Assembly (NCBI GenBank): GCA_951406725.2
Contig: OX597824.1
Coordinates: 72,726,001-72,790,000 of the forward strand
DNA from: Octopus vulgaris
Lineage: Eukaryota
Direction of reading: 5' to 3'
Length of the DNA: 64,000 bases
Both the position numbers and the translations under genes were made by a program. The notes below the pieces were generated by a model. It saw nothing but the letters and a program-made list of their open reading frames with translations, had not been told where the DNA came from and did not search any database. Shown in pieces: positions 36,966-49,929 of the stretch (its first letter is position 1; every line of letters begins with the position of its first letter).

Positions 36966-37469
36966 AATTATAGAGGGACACCACTCAACACTCTGTTTTA
37001 TTCAAACACATACAAATACATAATTCAATTAGTTAACAGTTATCTAGCTATAGTGTTTGGTAACATAGCCATACTTGAGATTGTGAACAAGCACATTTTG
37101 TCACTGAGAGTGAGGGGGGTTAACTTGTACTTGTTAGCTATGAAAGCAGCTTATCTATGAGATCACTTCAAATAAAAAGCTGTTGGGCTGTTAGGTCAAG
37201 CCAATATAATCTTTGATCTGCAACATTCATAATACACAATGATCTTTATATTGACTTTGTTCCTTGTAATTTTTACATGTGGCCAAGTGATGTACTGAAG
37301 TGACGAGCAAGAGGTATTTTCTTTTCTTTTTCTTTTTTTTGAAAAATTTTAGATCTCTGTACACAAGTGTTTCTTGTTAACATATATGGTTTATTTGATT
37401 ATGTTAAACTATCTTAAAAACCTCACAGTATCCATCTTTTTGTGCTATAGTTTTAGATTATGTGTTTAA

Positions 37470-37930
37470 GGCAACAGTGACAGGGTAGATGATGTGGGCA
37501 TACTTCTAGCAGAGAAATAAGTTGATCAGGTGATTGAGGTAGTCAAAGTGTGTGATAGAATATTTAAGCTTAGACTAGTTTTGCAAAGTAGCACAGCAAC
37601 AATTATCTCTGCCTATATCTAGCAACAGGGTCCACCAAATGAACAAAAGGATCGTTTTTATGATATTCTTTAAGGGCTCCCACAAAGACAAATGACAGTG
37701 ACCTTTTCTTTGTGGCTGGTGATTTCAGTGGACATATTGGGCAGCACCTGACTGTTTTCCATGCTGTACATAGAGGCCATGGAATTAGTCCCGGAAAGGA
37801 GGAGGGAACAAAGCTACTAGAGTTCTGTGGTACAAACAACCTAATGATCTGCAACACCAACTTCAGGAAAACAGCCAGTCACTTGACAACTGATAAATCT
37901 GGTGATCACACTAGCCATATAGAATTCACT
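37470..37930 (+). mobile_element. RTE-clade LINE APE endonuclease fragment
   Basis: VGILLA, IISAY, EQKDRFYD, AGDFSGHIG, EEGTKLLEFC, NLMICNTNFRK. Confidence 0.85.
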
Positions 37931-37949
37931 CATACAGGATCTGAATGGT

Positions 37950-39065
37950 TGTTAAGGGAATTTTGAGCTCTTTTTTCAGCAAAACCTGCTTTAGCCCTTT
38001 CAGAGAGAATGGAAGTGGCAAGTGCCTCCTCATTTGCTACTCCAAATGCACCATAAATTTTCATTTACCTTGAGATCCAGTGATTGTTAGGATCAATCCA
38101 AGTAGTCTAATACATGTTTGTGTTCTTCACACCAATTTTGAGTAGCGTTGGCTGTGTGAATTGTTGCAATGTCATCCTAGCAGGTTGCATAACCAACAAT
38201 GTTTGTATCACAGGATGGACATGATCAGCCCAAATATTCAGATAATGCTTGGTATTAACTCTGCCATGTAGAGCAATTAAAGGTCTAAAAGAATTCCATG
38301 ATTTGGCTGCCCAACTCATCACAGATTCACCTCCATGCTTCATAGTAGGGCCAAAAGTCAGAGTTGAAGGCTACTTTAGTCTCTGGACATAAATTAACTC
38401 CCAAAGAGTGAATAATGATTCCTCAGAGAAGATGACATTTTTCCATCAACCTATTAACTACTTCTGATAGTCTAGACACCATTTTTACCACTTATTTATG
38501 TTGATGGAGATCTAGAGAAGTTTAACAATTGCAGTTCTTCCATAGCATCCTGCTTTATGGAGCTCATAATGAATGGTTTTGGTTGGCACAAGACTAATTA
38601 GCTTTCCTGTCACATTTGCAGCCATAGTTTGATGGTTTTTAAACACATTACACTTTCCTATTCTGTAGTCTAACTCTCTGAGATTTGCCTTCTGTTCAGT
38701 TATATGCTTGCCCGAACTGGCATTATCTTGATTTTGGAATGCTATCATGATTTTAGAAACTGTACCTCTCAAAACATTAAACAATTTAACAGTTTTAGTG
38801 AATGAAGCACCAACCATCCACATTCCAAGAATTCGCCCTCTTTTATATGGGTCATGTACCTGCAAAAGAAAAAAGGGAAACAGAAGGCCATGACAGGTAG
38901 TACAAATCATACATAATACATGTGAACACATATATACAGACCAGAACAGTTTTTAATTTGTCTTTTAATCAACAGAAAGAAATAGTTATGCCAGCATGGA
39001 AAATGGACGTTAAATGACGGTGATGATGATGCTGAAAGGGTTTCCATTATTTTGTCCAAGTCCTG
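37950..39065 (-). mobile_element. Tc1-family transposon remnant
   Basis: RGRILG...GTVSKIM (HTH), KTIHYELHKAG, FSEES and KHGGESVMSWAA. A TIR-like TA|CAGGACTTGGACAAAATAATGGAAAC lies at ~39040-39067. Confidence 0.82.
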
Positions 39066-39931
39066 TATATTTATTATATCTATCTACCTACCTACCTTTT
39101 TGTCTGTCTAAATGATTTAAGGAAGTTAAGTCTATTTGGCTTGTGATATATACAAAATGAGATATTGATACAAAATGATATATTGAGTAAATATGGAATG
39201 GTTACAAGTTTATAGTTTGCAACTTATTTAAGAGATTATTAGATTGATAGAGGCATAGATTTAGTATGTTATAAGTACGAAAGGAGTACACAAGGAATTT
39301 TTTTTTAAATACTAGAAATTTGATTAAACAAATGATTACACTAAAAACTATTTTAGTACTAAAAGATTGACTAAGAAATTTAAGTGTATTTGGAATGTCC
39401 CTTATAATATTCACATGAAGAAGAAATAATTTTGATTGACAGCTAGAAGCTAAACTAAAATGTTAAACATAATATAGTAAATGGGTAGGTATGAGAGAAT
39501 TATAGAATTAACTAAGGAGTGTATTTGCAGTTATATAGTTGTTTACAGAAACTGAATATGGGTTCAGTGAGAAAAAAGTGGCCTTGAGTACACATCGGAG
39601 GATTTCTGTCACTTCCGCCACATTAGACTTGAGCCCATTCTGTTTTGATAAAGTAGAAGTACAGGTTTTGTGGTGAGTAGAAAAGTTAATTTTATTGGGA
39701 TTGTTATATTAGTTATTTAGTAATTTAAATTTCATGTTATAAGTTATTAAAGGTGTTTAAGTTGTGTTATTTCACTATAAGTGGTAGTTCAAACAACAGT
39801 CATGTGTGGGCACCTAGGACATTCAGAGTTCATAGCTGGTTAGTATATGTAATTTGTTAGTTGTAACTATTTGTCTCTGAATATGTTCATAGTATAGGTA
39901 CATTTGTGATTTTAGTGTATCTAGAATAGGT

Positions 39932-40330
39932 ATCATCATCATTTAATGTCCATTTTCCATGCTGGCATAGATTGGAGCTGCACCAAGTTTCAATCTCATT
40001 TGGCATGGTTTCTACAGCTGGATGCAGTTTCTAATGCCAACAACCACTCCAAGACTGTAGTGGGTACTTTTTATGCACCACTATCATGGGTGCCAGTTAC
40101 GACACACCAGCATCTGTCATGACTATGAACTCACTTGGCTTGACATGTCTTCTCAAGCACAGTATATTGACAAAAGTCTCAGACACTTGTCACTGCCTCT
40201 GTGTGCCCAAAGGTCGAAAGGTGCTTTTTACACGGCACCGGCATGGATGCCAGGTATGTGACACTGGCATTAGCCATGACTACGATTTCACTTGCCTAAA
40301 TGGATCTTCTCAAGCACAGCATATTGCTCA
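39932..40330 (-). mobile_element. Family D retroelement copy (diverged)
   Basis: CATCATTTAATGTCCATTTTCCATGCTGGCAT...CTACAGCTGGATGC, with subrepeats. Confidence 0.65.
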
Positions 40331-41644
40331 ATAGGTATATCAGTCTTTATAGAATACAGTTTATTGATCCATTTAAGCAAATCTTATCAATTGGTTTCAC
40401 ATGCAAATTTGGTAATTAGGAAATTGCTCAGGACTACACTTGTCAGAATAAACAGAAGGGAAGGATATGGCAAATATCAACCACTTTGATGAGTACAGTC
40501 TTGCATAATCACATAATTACCTCATTCAAACTGATTATTTGTAAGATTGGCTAAAATGGATCTATAAATATTGTATTCTTTAATTATTTTATTTATATGC
40601 ATGCATGCATGTGTGTATTATTTTACTCTTTGTTTCAGTCATTTGACTGTGGCCTTGCTGGAGCACTTCCTTGGACTTATTTTTTTTAAAGCCTCATACT
40701 TATTCAATGGGTTTTTTTGTGTTTTTTTGCCAAACTGCTAAGTTACAAGGACATTAACATACCAACAGATGAAGAACAAAACAATGGCCAACACGTGGAT
40801 AATCCAGGTAGGATTGAGAGAGAGAAACTCATACCTGGCACATAGGGAAAAGATGTTGCCCATGTGAATTCCAGATAAAATTTTTTTCTTTTTTTTATGC
40901 AAGAAGAAAATTCTCCTGGGAAGCTGTGTCTTCGAAGGTCCAAGTTGTAAGTTCAGTTACAACATGAGGAAAAAATGGTGTGCAAGTTTCCCGCTTGAAA
41001 ATGGCACCAAAATTTTCTGATGAAGAAGACAATATGGTGATGAGAGAGATCAGTGGCATGTTCCTATATGATGAATGGTGCTCTGGTTGTGTAGACGAAA
41101 TCGGGAAGGGGAAAAAGGAATATGTATTCACTGGTCAGAAATTCGTCTGGGGTTCACCATTTTAGAAGGAATTGTGTTGTGTGCTGCATCCGGATCACCA
41201 TTTTACATGGCGCTTGAATCAGGGTTGTGGAGTCATCTAACGGTTGACTCCTTCAGAAGGCTGTAATATCATTTGATAGGAATACGGTACAAAGAAATAC
41301 ATAGAACAAGGCTGTAACTTTAAATATCTTTAATGTCAGCCTCACCACATATATATATAAGCTGAATGATAAATGGAAAGGGTTTGATGCATGGAGGCCA
41401 TGATCTTCTTCTGTGTGTTACCTCATGTCTTCTAGTCACCGCGTGTTGTAAGAGAGCCAACTAGACCATGTGCTTGCTCTCCGACATCTAGATGCCAAAA
41501 AAGGAAGTCACAAAGCCTCATGTCAGAATCTCACTGCTTGGGCTATCTTAGCACGAGCTTGTTTAAACCCGCTGTCAAGGGAGGTAACTGCACCTACAGT
41601 ATACTTTCTCTTTATATTTGAAAAGTTTTCCCTTTTTTATTTAA

Positions 41645-41960
41645 AGAAAGACTGCCTTTTGCACCCCACCACCCCATAAAATTTTTTAGAAAACATTGCA
41701 CATGGTAGAAAATTGATTTCCCTGCCATGTCTTATAATAATAATAAGGATGAAGAGAAAGTCATAAAAATTGCGAATTTCTATTTAAAAAATCTTCATTT
41801 CTATATTATGTATATTCAAGTCCCAATTAGCCTAACGTTAAGGCCTAAATTGCCTAACTCTAGAAATTTGCCTAACCTTGGGACATGAATATACATAATA
41901 CAGAAATGAAGTTTTTTTAATAGCAATTCTTAATTTTCTGGACTTTCTCATTATTATTAC

Positions 41961-41992
<32 letters not shown>

Positions 41993-42190
41993 GAATTATT
42001 ATTATTAGGGCGGAGGTAAAGAATACGTACACCATCTGCTTTCGGCATAACAAAAACCCTAACCCTAAACACCGGGAGTACATATTCTTTACTTTCAGCA
42101 TTATATGACATGGTAGGAAATCAATTTTCTACCATGTGTAATGTTTTTTAAAGAAAATTTTATGGGTTGGGTACAAAAGGAAATCTTTTT
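41645..42190. mobile_element. Foldback/MITE-like element with ~90-bp imperfect terminal inverted repeats
   Basis: 41655-41738 is an approximate reverse complement of 42100-42180 (shared core CACATGGTAGAAAATTGATTTCC). The interior contains GCCTAA repeats, (ATT)n and a mini-element. Confidence 0.7.
42009..42099. mobile_element. Mini-TIR element carrying CCCTAA repeats
   Basis: GGCGGAGGTAAAGAATACGTACACC ... GGGAGTACATATTCTTTACTTTCAGC, with internal CCCTAACCCTAA. Same family as 43249-43368. Confidence 0.75.
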
Positions 42191-42211
42191 TTTTTTTTTA
42201 ATTGCAAAGTC

Positions 42212-42600
42212 TTCTCTTTTACTGTTTTACTTGTTTCAGTCATTTGACTGTGGTCATGCTGGGGCACTGCCTTTAGCCAAGCAAATCGACCCCAGGACTT
42301 ATTCTTTGTAAGCCTATTACTTATTCTATTGATCAATTTTGCCGACCCACTAAGTTACAGGGACGTAAACACACCAGAATCGGTTGTCAAGCGATGTTAG
42401 GGGAACAAACACAGACACACAAACACATACATATATACGCCGGGCTTCTTTCAGTTTCTGTCTACCAAATCCACTCACAAGGCTTTGGTCGGCCCGAGGC
42501 TATAGTAGAAGACACTTGCCCAAGGTGTCATGCACTGGAACTGAACCCGGAACCATATGGTTCGTAAGCAAGCTACTTACCACAAAGCCACTCCTACGCC
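42212..42600 (-). mobile_element. SINE family A
   Basis: Full-length match to the family. Confidence 0.9.
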
Positions 42601-43248
42601 TATACCTTTAATGATATCGTTAAAATGAATTTTACGCAAAACTTCTGCTTCTATATATAGTAGAGACAAGGCATTACGAATGTTATTTTAGCAAGATTAA
42701 AGTGATTTCTTTCGTGTAGTAAACCATTTTCATTTCTGTAGTGACCCTGTCCCTTGATGCCCTTAAGCACGTGCTTATTTTGATTAATGGTCAATCTAGC
42801 GCTGACCATTTGGTTGAAAATCAAGCTTCTCACCACACAGTATATATTTTCTAATGTGGTTTAACCATTGACAAACTTTGACTAAACATACCTTTGATCA
42901 AACGCATTCCATCATTAATCCGTCCATACCCATCATTTGAAACATCGCAGGTAACAATGTCCAGTATGTTGTTCCTCTATTGAGGTTTGAAGGAAATTTG
43001 GCTGCTGTTTCTCGCAGGTCCAGTCACCACATAAATGCTCTTGCATTTTTTTTTTCGTTATGGAAATGATTACCTGAGACAGCTGACACCTCTCATTTAA
43101 GATGACTTCGTATTCTGGAATTATAATTTTAATTTTTTTCTACTGTTTTTCATCTATCTTCCTCGTGGACTTTTGCTGCTGTTTTTTTTTTAGCCCACAG
43201 CTGCAGTGGTCTTGCAGACCTCTATCACAGGTAGTCCATCCGTGATCA

Positions 43249-43368
43249 GCGAAGGTAAAGAACACGCACACCACTCGTTTTCGGCGTAACAAAAGCCCTA
43301 ACCCTATTCCTAAATCCTTACCCTAATCCTAACCCTAACCACCGGGTGTGTGTATTCTTTACCTTCGC
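43249..43368. mobile_element. Mini-TIR element carrying ~7 degenerate telomeric CCCTAA units
   Basis: 24-bp TIR GCGAAGGTAAAGAA(C/T)AC(G/A)CACACC (22/24 match). Interior CCCTAACCCTATTCCTAAATCCTTACCCTAATCCTAACCCTAACC. Confidence 0.8.
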
Positions 43369-44479
43369 CTAGTCTATGTATTTTCCCAACAATATAGAAT
43401 TTGTTGTCATGTCGTCTAATGTGCCCTTTCCTTTTTATGTTAGCAGATTTGATTTGAGGGAGATTTGACTGCTATTTGTAGCAGTCCGATCGAATACTTT
43501 AAATAAGTAAGGGCAGCCTTTTTGGGGATGTAGGCTGCATGAGGCATTACTAAAAAAATTCAAGGTAACTTTTCATTAGGTGTGCCATATAGGAAGGCAC
43601 GCGGGCAACACTTTACCCGTGGAATTGCAACAAGCATGTTCATCTCCAGTCTCGAGCTAATCGACTTTTTCGTTTTCCACATAAAACGGAAAATAAGGCT
43701 GGAGAAGAAATGCTTGTCGCAAAGTGTGTTTCGTAAAAGATGGAAGTCTATAGCAAGTATGTTGCGAGTGAAAGAACCTGTTTAAACGAGACTGTAAAAA
43801 AGGAGAAAGCAAAGTCTTCAGTGTGAGTATGTGGTTTGTGGGGTCGACCACGTCCTCCGCTTCATTTTTTGTAAATCACTCATTCTCATTTAGTTGTTCG
43901 TTTATTCATACGTTTCGTCTCATTCGATACCCTGACCCCAATGTTTGTTTTGTCTGTCCTCGTATCGTCCTCTCTTTTTCTCAACCTCATGGTTAATAAA
44001 GAAATTGACTGACTTAGAAGCTTCCTTGGCTCCTGTGAGATGTTAGAACGTGCAAAGTTATGCCCCTTTTTCTGTATCACGACACATAGCAGTAAAACCT
44101 GGACTTATGACCTCATGATTACTAGTTAAGTCCTGTATTTTAACCTAGCAGTTAATATCTGTTAATAGAATAGGATTAATAGGTGCTTAACCAGAAATTT
44201 GAAACAAGTGAGTCCAAAGTCTCAGCTTTCGGTGTTAAGACAATGAATATAAGACATAATGTGGAATGTACGAAGATTTCTTTGTGCTTATACACGTTTG
44301 GCGTTTTCCGGAAAGCAATCAACTGGGAGCTTCACTAGTCTCTAAACTGAAAAAATCTCTACACCAGCGCTTCTCAAAGTAGATTACAAGATACCTATGA
44401 TTTCATGAAAAAAGTTTCAGGGTTCTGTGAGATAAGGTATCTTTTTCGTTGACAGTAACTTTATGGAAGCCCGCTGTGT

Positions 44480-44816
44480 GTATGTATGTATGTATGTATG
44501 TATGTATGTATGTATGTATGTATGTATGTATGTATGTATGTATGTATGTATGTATGTATGTATGTATGTATGTATGTATGTATGTATGTATGTATGTATG
44601 TATGTATGTATGTATGTATCAGGGCCGGCAACTCAGGCAGTCACCCGGGGCGCCAAGCAGAACGTGATAAAGACATGGAAACTTCCTCAAGCGTCAGCTT
44701 GTACACGCCGAAGTTCAGCTTGCCCGGGGCGCCAGCAACCCTAGGGGCGGCCATGGCATGTATGTATGTATGTATGTATGTATGTATGTATGTATGTATG
44801 TATGTATGTATGTATG
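44480..44816. repeat. (TATG)n microsatellite split by a MITE
   Basis: Pure TATG arrays at 44480-44619 and ~44757-44816. Confidence 0.95.
44620..44755. mobile_element. hAT-type MITE
   Basis: CAGGGCCG ... CGGCCATG termini, repeated CCCGGGGCGCCA subterminal motifs, and TSD GTATGTAT/GCATGTAT (7/8). Confidence 0.78.
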
Positions 44817-45479
44817 TGAGTGAAATAAATCCCAGAACATGGTTTGCCTTACGCAGAAATTGCAGGAGCTACTTAAGGATACTGCAAACTCTTCTGCTGA
44901 TGGTAGCTAAAGCTATCTTGATGTTGGAAATCCTTCACTATCATTGACAGGTACTTCAGGGTCACAAGCGTTTCGCCCTTTAGCCTGTACGCTTCGACGA
45001 AGAGGATCAGCGAGGAATGAATTAGTATTCACTCGCATGAAAGGTTACACCTGCGATTTCAACCAAAACCGCCTTTGAATTCGTCCAAACTGTCATGGCT
45101 ATCTCCTAGGTGGCTTTTGGCAAGTGTTTAGGCTCCAAACTGATCCTCTGCTGGAAATAGCGCGCCGAACTTGCTGGAAATCGCACCAGCTGACTTCAAT
45201 GGAGAATGAAGCTACATGCCATCATTCGACAAGAGATTCATCTAACAAGTCTTGATATTTGACTTTCTTCGGTTGGCGAGATCTATCCTCCCAGTAACGA
45301 CAATCGTTTTTAATGTTCTCAGTTAGCAGGAACATGTCTATCGTAGGGCTGTTACTGCCACCCCTTCCGGAAAGATGAACTTACTCTTTAGATTCACTTG
45401 AATCTCTCAGTCTGAGGCATGATGCAAAATAGAAAACGTCCCCACCAACCTGCTTTTGTTTTAGGAGCCTTATCACTTT

Positions 45480-46960
45480 CCCTTAGTAGTTTGATATCTT
45501 TGAATGGTGATGATTGAGGCCTCATTCTCTACAGGTCTGCCCGTGTGTAAATTTCTCTAAAAACCTTATCGCCCCTCCACTTGTATCAGACTTCTCCCAG
45601 TGCCATAGAATATCTGGTCAAAACGTGGTTCAAGGTACAAACAGTTGCTCCACACCGCTTGCATGATGAGTCTTCCTGCTTGCCTTGGACCTTAAGGGTT
45701 ATTTGGTTTGACAAAATATTAGCAACGGCGCGTAGGAGTGAGGACAATTTTCTCACTTCAGTACATCAGAGTTCCCGTCAGTATAGTGGTGGATCGAGTG
45801 CCGGATCCTACGGTATCTATTATCCTTGACGGGAAAGCTCTACTGACTTTACACGGTGATTTTCGTCTGTTGAATTTAGGATCCTCTGAATTATGAGCCC
45901 TCTCTTGTCCCTGGCATTGTTATATTTTCACTATTTGGTGTTGTAGTTGTCAAGTTCCAGTCGACATTGATAGACTATTCCAACAAGCTTCTGTTGCTTC
46001 TAGTATGTTTCCGCTTCCTTCACACTTTCCTAGGATTTCCACTTTCAGCCACCACTTCTAGTCTTGTTGGCGTGTTTGACTCTCTCATCCCCAGATAATA
46101 GTAATGTACCGACTGCTCTTACCTTAGAGTCTTGAATTCTTCCATCACTGAGTGGAACTTAGAGGTCTTGCTGTACAGGTTAACTGAGTTGAAATTTGGG
46201 GGAACACGCAACCATTTTGCTGAAATTTACTGTGCAATCTCTCCAATGGATTTCCCAGAGTTATAATGAATGACCACTGCAGTCTGATTATGGTGCCATA
46301 CTGGAAGTGACACACTTTTTTTCTCCAAATTGTCGGAATCTCAGATCGCTAAAGATTATTGGTCAACTTTCGTTTTATGATACTTAGGTTCCGAGATTTT
46401 CCTGGACTGAATTTCATACGTGACTATATGGTTATCTTTTCAAATGAGCTCAAGATCCGCCATGTTCCTTGGATAGTAAATCTCATGACTGTTGTTCCAT
46501 CACCGAAGATATCTTGTATTGTCATCTGTTTCTGGTCCTCTAGACTGCTTTCTTCCCACCATTTATTGTAGGTTCACAGCATCCACAAACAGAACTATGG
46601 ACATTATTCACTCTGCCACAACACTCAAATCTTTGCCTTTTGGTGATGAAATTCCTACAGTGAACCTCATCTTCAGCGAATCCATGTGCAACATCACGAG
46701 CTTGAGTATAACTTCTGGTATTTAGTAGTACTCCAATACACTTTAGATTAGCTTGTGGGACACACTTTGGTGGGCTTTGATGAGGTCCTAAATATACAAT
46801 AGAAGTATGCTATTCCTTTTTGCCTCCTTGATGATGTGGTTGATTACTGACGTATGATCAAGGCACCCAGAATATATCGGGACTCAGCATTTTGGGACAT
46901 ACTTGTTGATGCACTCTTTGGCGAATAGATATGTTGGTAATCTTGGCAATTGTTTTATCT
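45480..46960 (-). mobile_element. HERO/NeSL-like RLE non-LTR retrotransposon remnant
   Basis: RT motifs GCLDHTSVI..IIKEAK...DL..AHQSVSHKLI, then MKFSPGKSRNLSI and WLRVPPNFNSVNLYS...VMEEFK, then knuckle CKRCG..TLNHVL...YKWRGDKV, then RPDL. Heavily disrupted. Confidence 0.75.
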
Positions 46961-46971
46961 CTATTCGGCAC

Positions 46972-47163
46972 TGTTGTAATCTTCATAATGTTGGATTATT
47001 ATAAAGCCCACTTCGGTATACACAGTATCGCTATTAGATCTGTAAGACACGACTCTTAGCACAGTCTAATACGTACTCCCCGACGTCACCTTACTTATAG
47101 TGACTGAATCATTCTACTCGTCACGTGGGAGGGGTGTGCCATTATTACTAATTCCCTCCAACA
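46972..47163 (-). mobile_element. 3' LTR (192 bp) of the Ty3/Gypsy element
   Basis: TGTTG...CAACA termini, preceded on the minus strand by the polypurine tract AAAAGGGGAGA. Confidence 0.78.
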
Positions 47164-47266
47164 TCTCCCCTTTTAAGTTTTTCTTAGAACTGTCATTTTA
47201 TTCAGCAATGATTTTTTTTATTCATCCCACATCCCTTTTCCGAGTTTTTTTTTATATTTCGAACAA

Positions 47267-47654
47267 TCTTTATATATAAAAGTGAAGTTGTGTGTCTGTC
47301 TCCTACGATTTAGATTCCTAACTACTCCCACATTTTGCGGTGCAGTTTAACCAAAACCGGGTATCTTATAGTCGTGATTCATATCGAGCCCTTCTGAGTA
47401 TTAGCGCGCGTCTACGATTTAAAAAAAAAATTACCATAATTTTTTTCCATTTTAATGCATTTTTTTCGCTATTATATAAGGGAAGTAACTCTCTAAAAAT
47501 GTCTACGATGAGTCAACGATTTAAAAAAAATTTACCATCATTTTTTTTCCATTTTTAATGCATTTTTTTGCTACTTTTTTAGCTATAACTCTCTAAAAAT
47601 GCTTATATAGTTATTTCCCTTACAAATCCGAGCAACGCCGGGCGATACTGCTAG
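47267..47654 (+). mobile_element. Non-autonomous Helitron nested in the Gypsy element
   Basis: A^TCTTTATATATAAAAGTGAAGTTGTGTGTCTG ... CCGAGCAACGCCGGGCGATACTGCTAG^T; inserted between A and T. Confidence 0.88.
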
Positions 47655-48774
47655 TTTAATATATTTTTCTCTTGGCATCTATTTTCAAGAACTCTGTATG
47701 TTTTCTTTTCCTCTCACTTGTACGCCTGGGTTCAATCACTTGTAGTGGCGTTGGTATTTGGGACGTATCGTTCAACCATTCAATGGGGTTCCTCCAACTT
47801 CTTTGGTTCATTTTCCACGAATCTTTTTTCCAAGGTTTGGGAATTTTTTTCGCGAACGGTGCATTTAGTTTTGATTTAAATGTATATGTTCTACTTTGTT
47901 TTACTGCGATTTGTTTGTTTCAGTCCTTCAGCCGCATTTGAATGTTCGACTGAGGCGACTATATTTCTGCATAAAACATTTATGGGCATATCCCATAAAC
48001 TGAATAGTTGTATCCACTCTATACCAAATAAATTAAGTGAATGTTTTAATACATGTATCTTAGCCTTTTTCGTTTGAGCTCGGAATGTTACGTTACATAC
48101 GCATTCACCGATAAAATATAATCTTTTACCAGTAGCACCATGTGCTACCTTTTTAGATTTAATTAATTTCGGCTTACCGATATGTTTCCACGTTTTTTCG
48201 CTTATAATAGTCGAACTTCAATTTTACACTCGTATTTTTATGTTCGTTGTATTACCTATGTTTTGTTTTTTTCGATGACAAAATATTTTTTCCCTTTATT
48301 CTGATGTTTTGGCATTTTCTTTCTACAGTGCGTCTTAATTGTCCTATATTTCCACAACGAAAACACTCCGCATTTTTAAATGGACAACTTTTCCTCAGGT
48401 GCATACCAACACATGCAAAACATGGGTTTATATCCTGATGTTTGTCGTGTATTTTTAGAAAACATTTTATCTCTATTCAGACCATTCCGCACTGGTTTTA
48501 CTTGAAAACAATCTTTACGTTCAATTTCCTCTGTGTCGTATCTTAATTAAAGTATCCTTTTACTTTCTTCAGATTCTTTTTGCAGAGTTACATCCTGGTT
48601 TTGCTTCAGCTTTGCAAGAATTCTAGTTCTGACTTCTGCGTCTTCGTCGTTGTTTTTCTCTATGTTCAAACACTTCCAACGTGTGTTAAACAATGAGCTT
48701 TTTTCACTGAAAATTTTACACAAATATATCAAACCTTCGGACAATTAAAATTTGTCCGAAGATTTTCTTGGCAG

Positions 48775-49142
48775 TGGAGTAGTGGACACAACAGGGTCCA
48801 AGCGGCCGAAGGCTAGCTGTTATCTGCTACGCCCGTACTTATGTATATATAACAGAGAGAGAATTTCACTAAGCGTACGCTACAGATAGCCCTCCACCAG
48901 TCATTTTGTGGAAGACAAAAGAGACGATAATAAAGGTAGACATATCTACAGCGAAGAGATGCAATTAGAAAGTAGTTGGTTATTAAGCTGGCACTGGGTC
49001 ACCAATTTGTAGACGCCCGTGTGAACGTATGGCTGGCTGCGTGGTTCGAAATCACGTCGGGGTCACCAAATGTAAGAACAACCGTGCGAAAGGAGAGGTG
49101 ACGAATGGATGACTCCTTTAATACACCGCACGGTCGCTTACA
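48775..49142. mobile_element. ~370-bp insertion interrupting gag (possible solo LTR)
   Basis: Gag homology stops at NQRY and resumes at LPRKSSDKF. The insert is bounded by TG...CA, with no clear TSD. Confidence 0.5.
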
Positions 49143-49601
49143 ACTGTATCGTTGGTTGTCTGCTGCTGCCAGTTTTCTCAAAATTAAGCGCGTTTTCATC
49201 TCGTCCCAATTTTTACATTCTTCCTCGAAGATTTGCTCATATTTTCTGTAGTATGTTTCGAAGTTAACTCCTTCATCAGGTTCGTATTTGAACTTTGTTA
49301 TGGAGTTCACGATATAGTCTGGCGAGAACACTTTTTTCTGAATTTCCAGACGACTTCATGTATTGCAGTATTTGTAACTGTAATAGTTGCTGTTGTTCTT
49401 TCAGTTGTCTTCTTCTTCTTCCAATCAGGACTCACGCCATCAGCCAGAAAGAATAATATCTAATTCAAGCCTACTCTAAGCTACTAAGAATGCGTGTGGC
49501 AACTTGAAGATCCACCCACCACACGCGATAGACTGGCGGTTGCACGGGCGGAAAATTTGTTGGCCGGTTTGCTAGAGTTGCAAAAAACAGCAACAACTGA
49601 A

Positions 49602-49780
49602 GTGGAGGTGCAATGGCCCAGTGGTTAGGGCAGCGGACTCGCAGTCGTAAGAACGCGGTTTCGACACCCAGACAGGGCATTGTGAGTGTTTATTGAGCAA
49701 AAGCACCTAAGCTCCACGAGTCTTCGGCGGGGGAGGGTGGTGAACCCCGCTGTACTCTCTCACTCTTTCTTCCTACTTCT
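49602..49780 (+). mobile_element. SINE family C, 5' part
   Basis: GTGGAGGTGCAATGGCCCAGTGGTTAGGGCAGCGGACTCGC head. Confidence 0.85.
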
Positions 49781-49929
49781 GCCACAAAGCAGAGGAACCA
49801 TGGTGTAACCCACTATGGTGTGGTAAACTTTCAGACCCTAGGATGGTTCAGCTCTCCACCTGTTTTTGAGATGCCTAATTTCTCAAGATTGGTATTTAGG
49901 CAGTGTGTTACATATCCCAGTAACCCAAT

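Larger units (their letters stand above)
47164..49440 (-). mobile_element. Ty3/Gypsy (K02A2.6-like) internal region: gag, zinc knuckle and protease; RT/IN not seen
   Basis: FSPDYIVNSITKFKYEPDEGVNFETYYRKYEQIF, FSEKSSLFNTRWKCLN, CFAC..H..CPFKNAECFRCGNIG, SEKTWKHIGKPKL and NLFGIEWIQLFSLWDMPIN. A PBS-like TGGCGTGAGT lies at ~49430-49439. Confidence 0.85.

Noticed and set aside
40800-41270. GC-richer stretch with several short ORFs, possibly Penelope coding remnant
   Set aside because: No diagnostic motif could be read with confidence.
43580-43822. Apparent exon bounded by cattag| and |GTGAGT
   Set aside because: All three frames contain stops and there is no supporting neighbour; it could only be non-coding.
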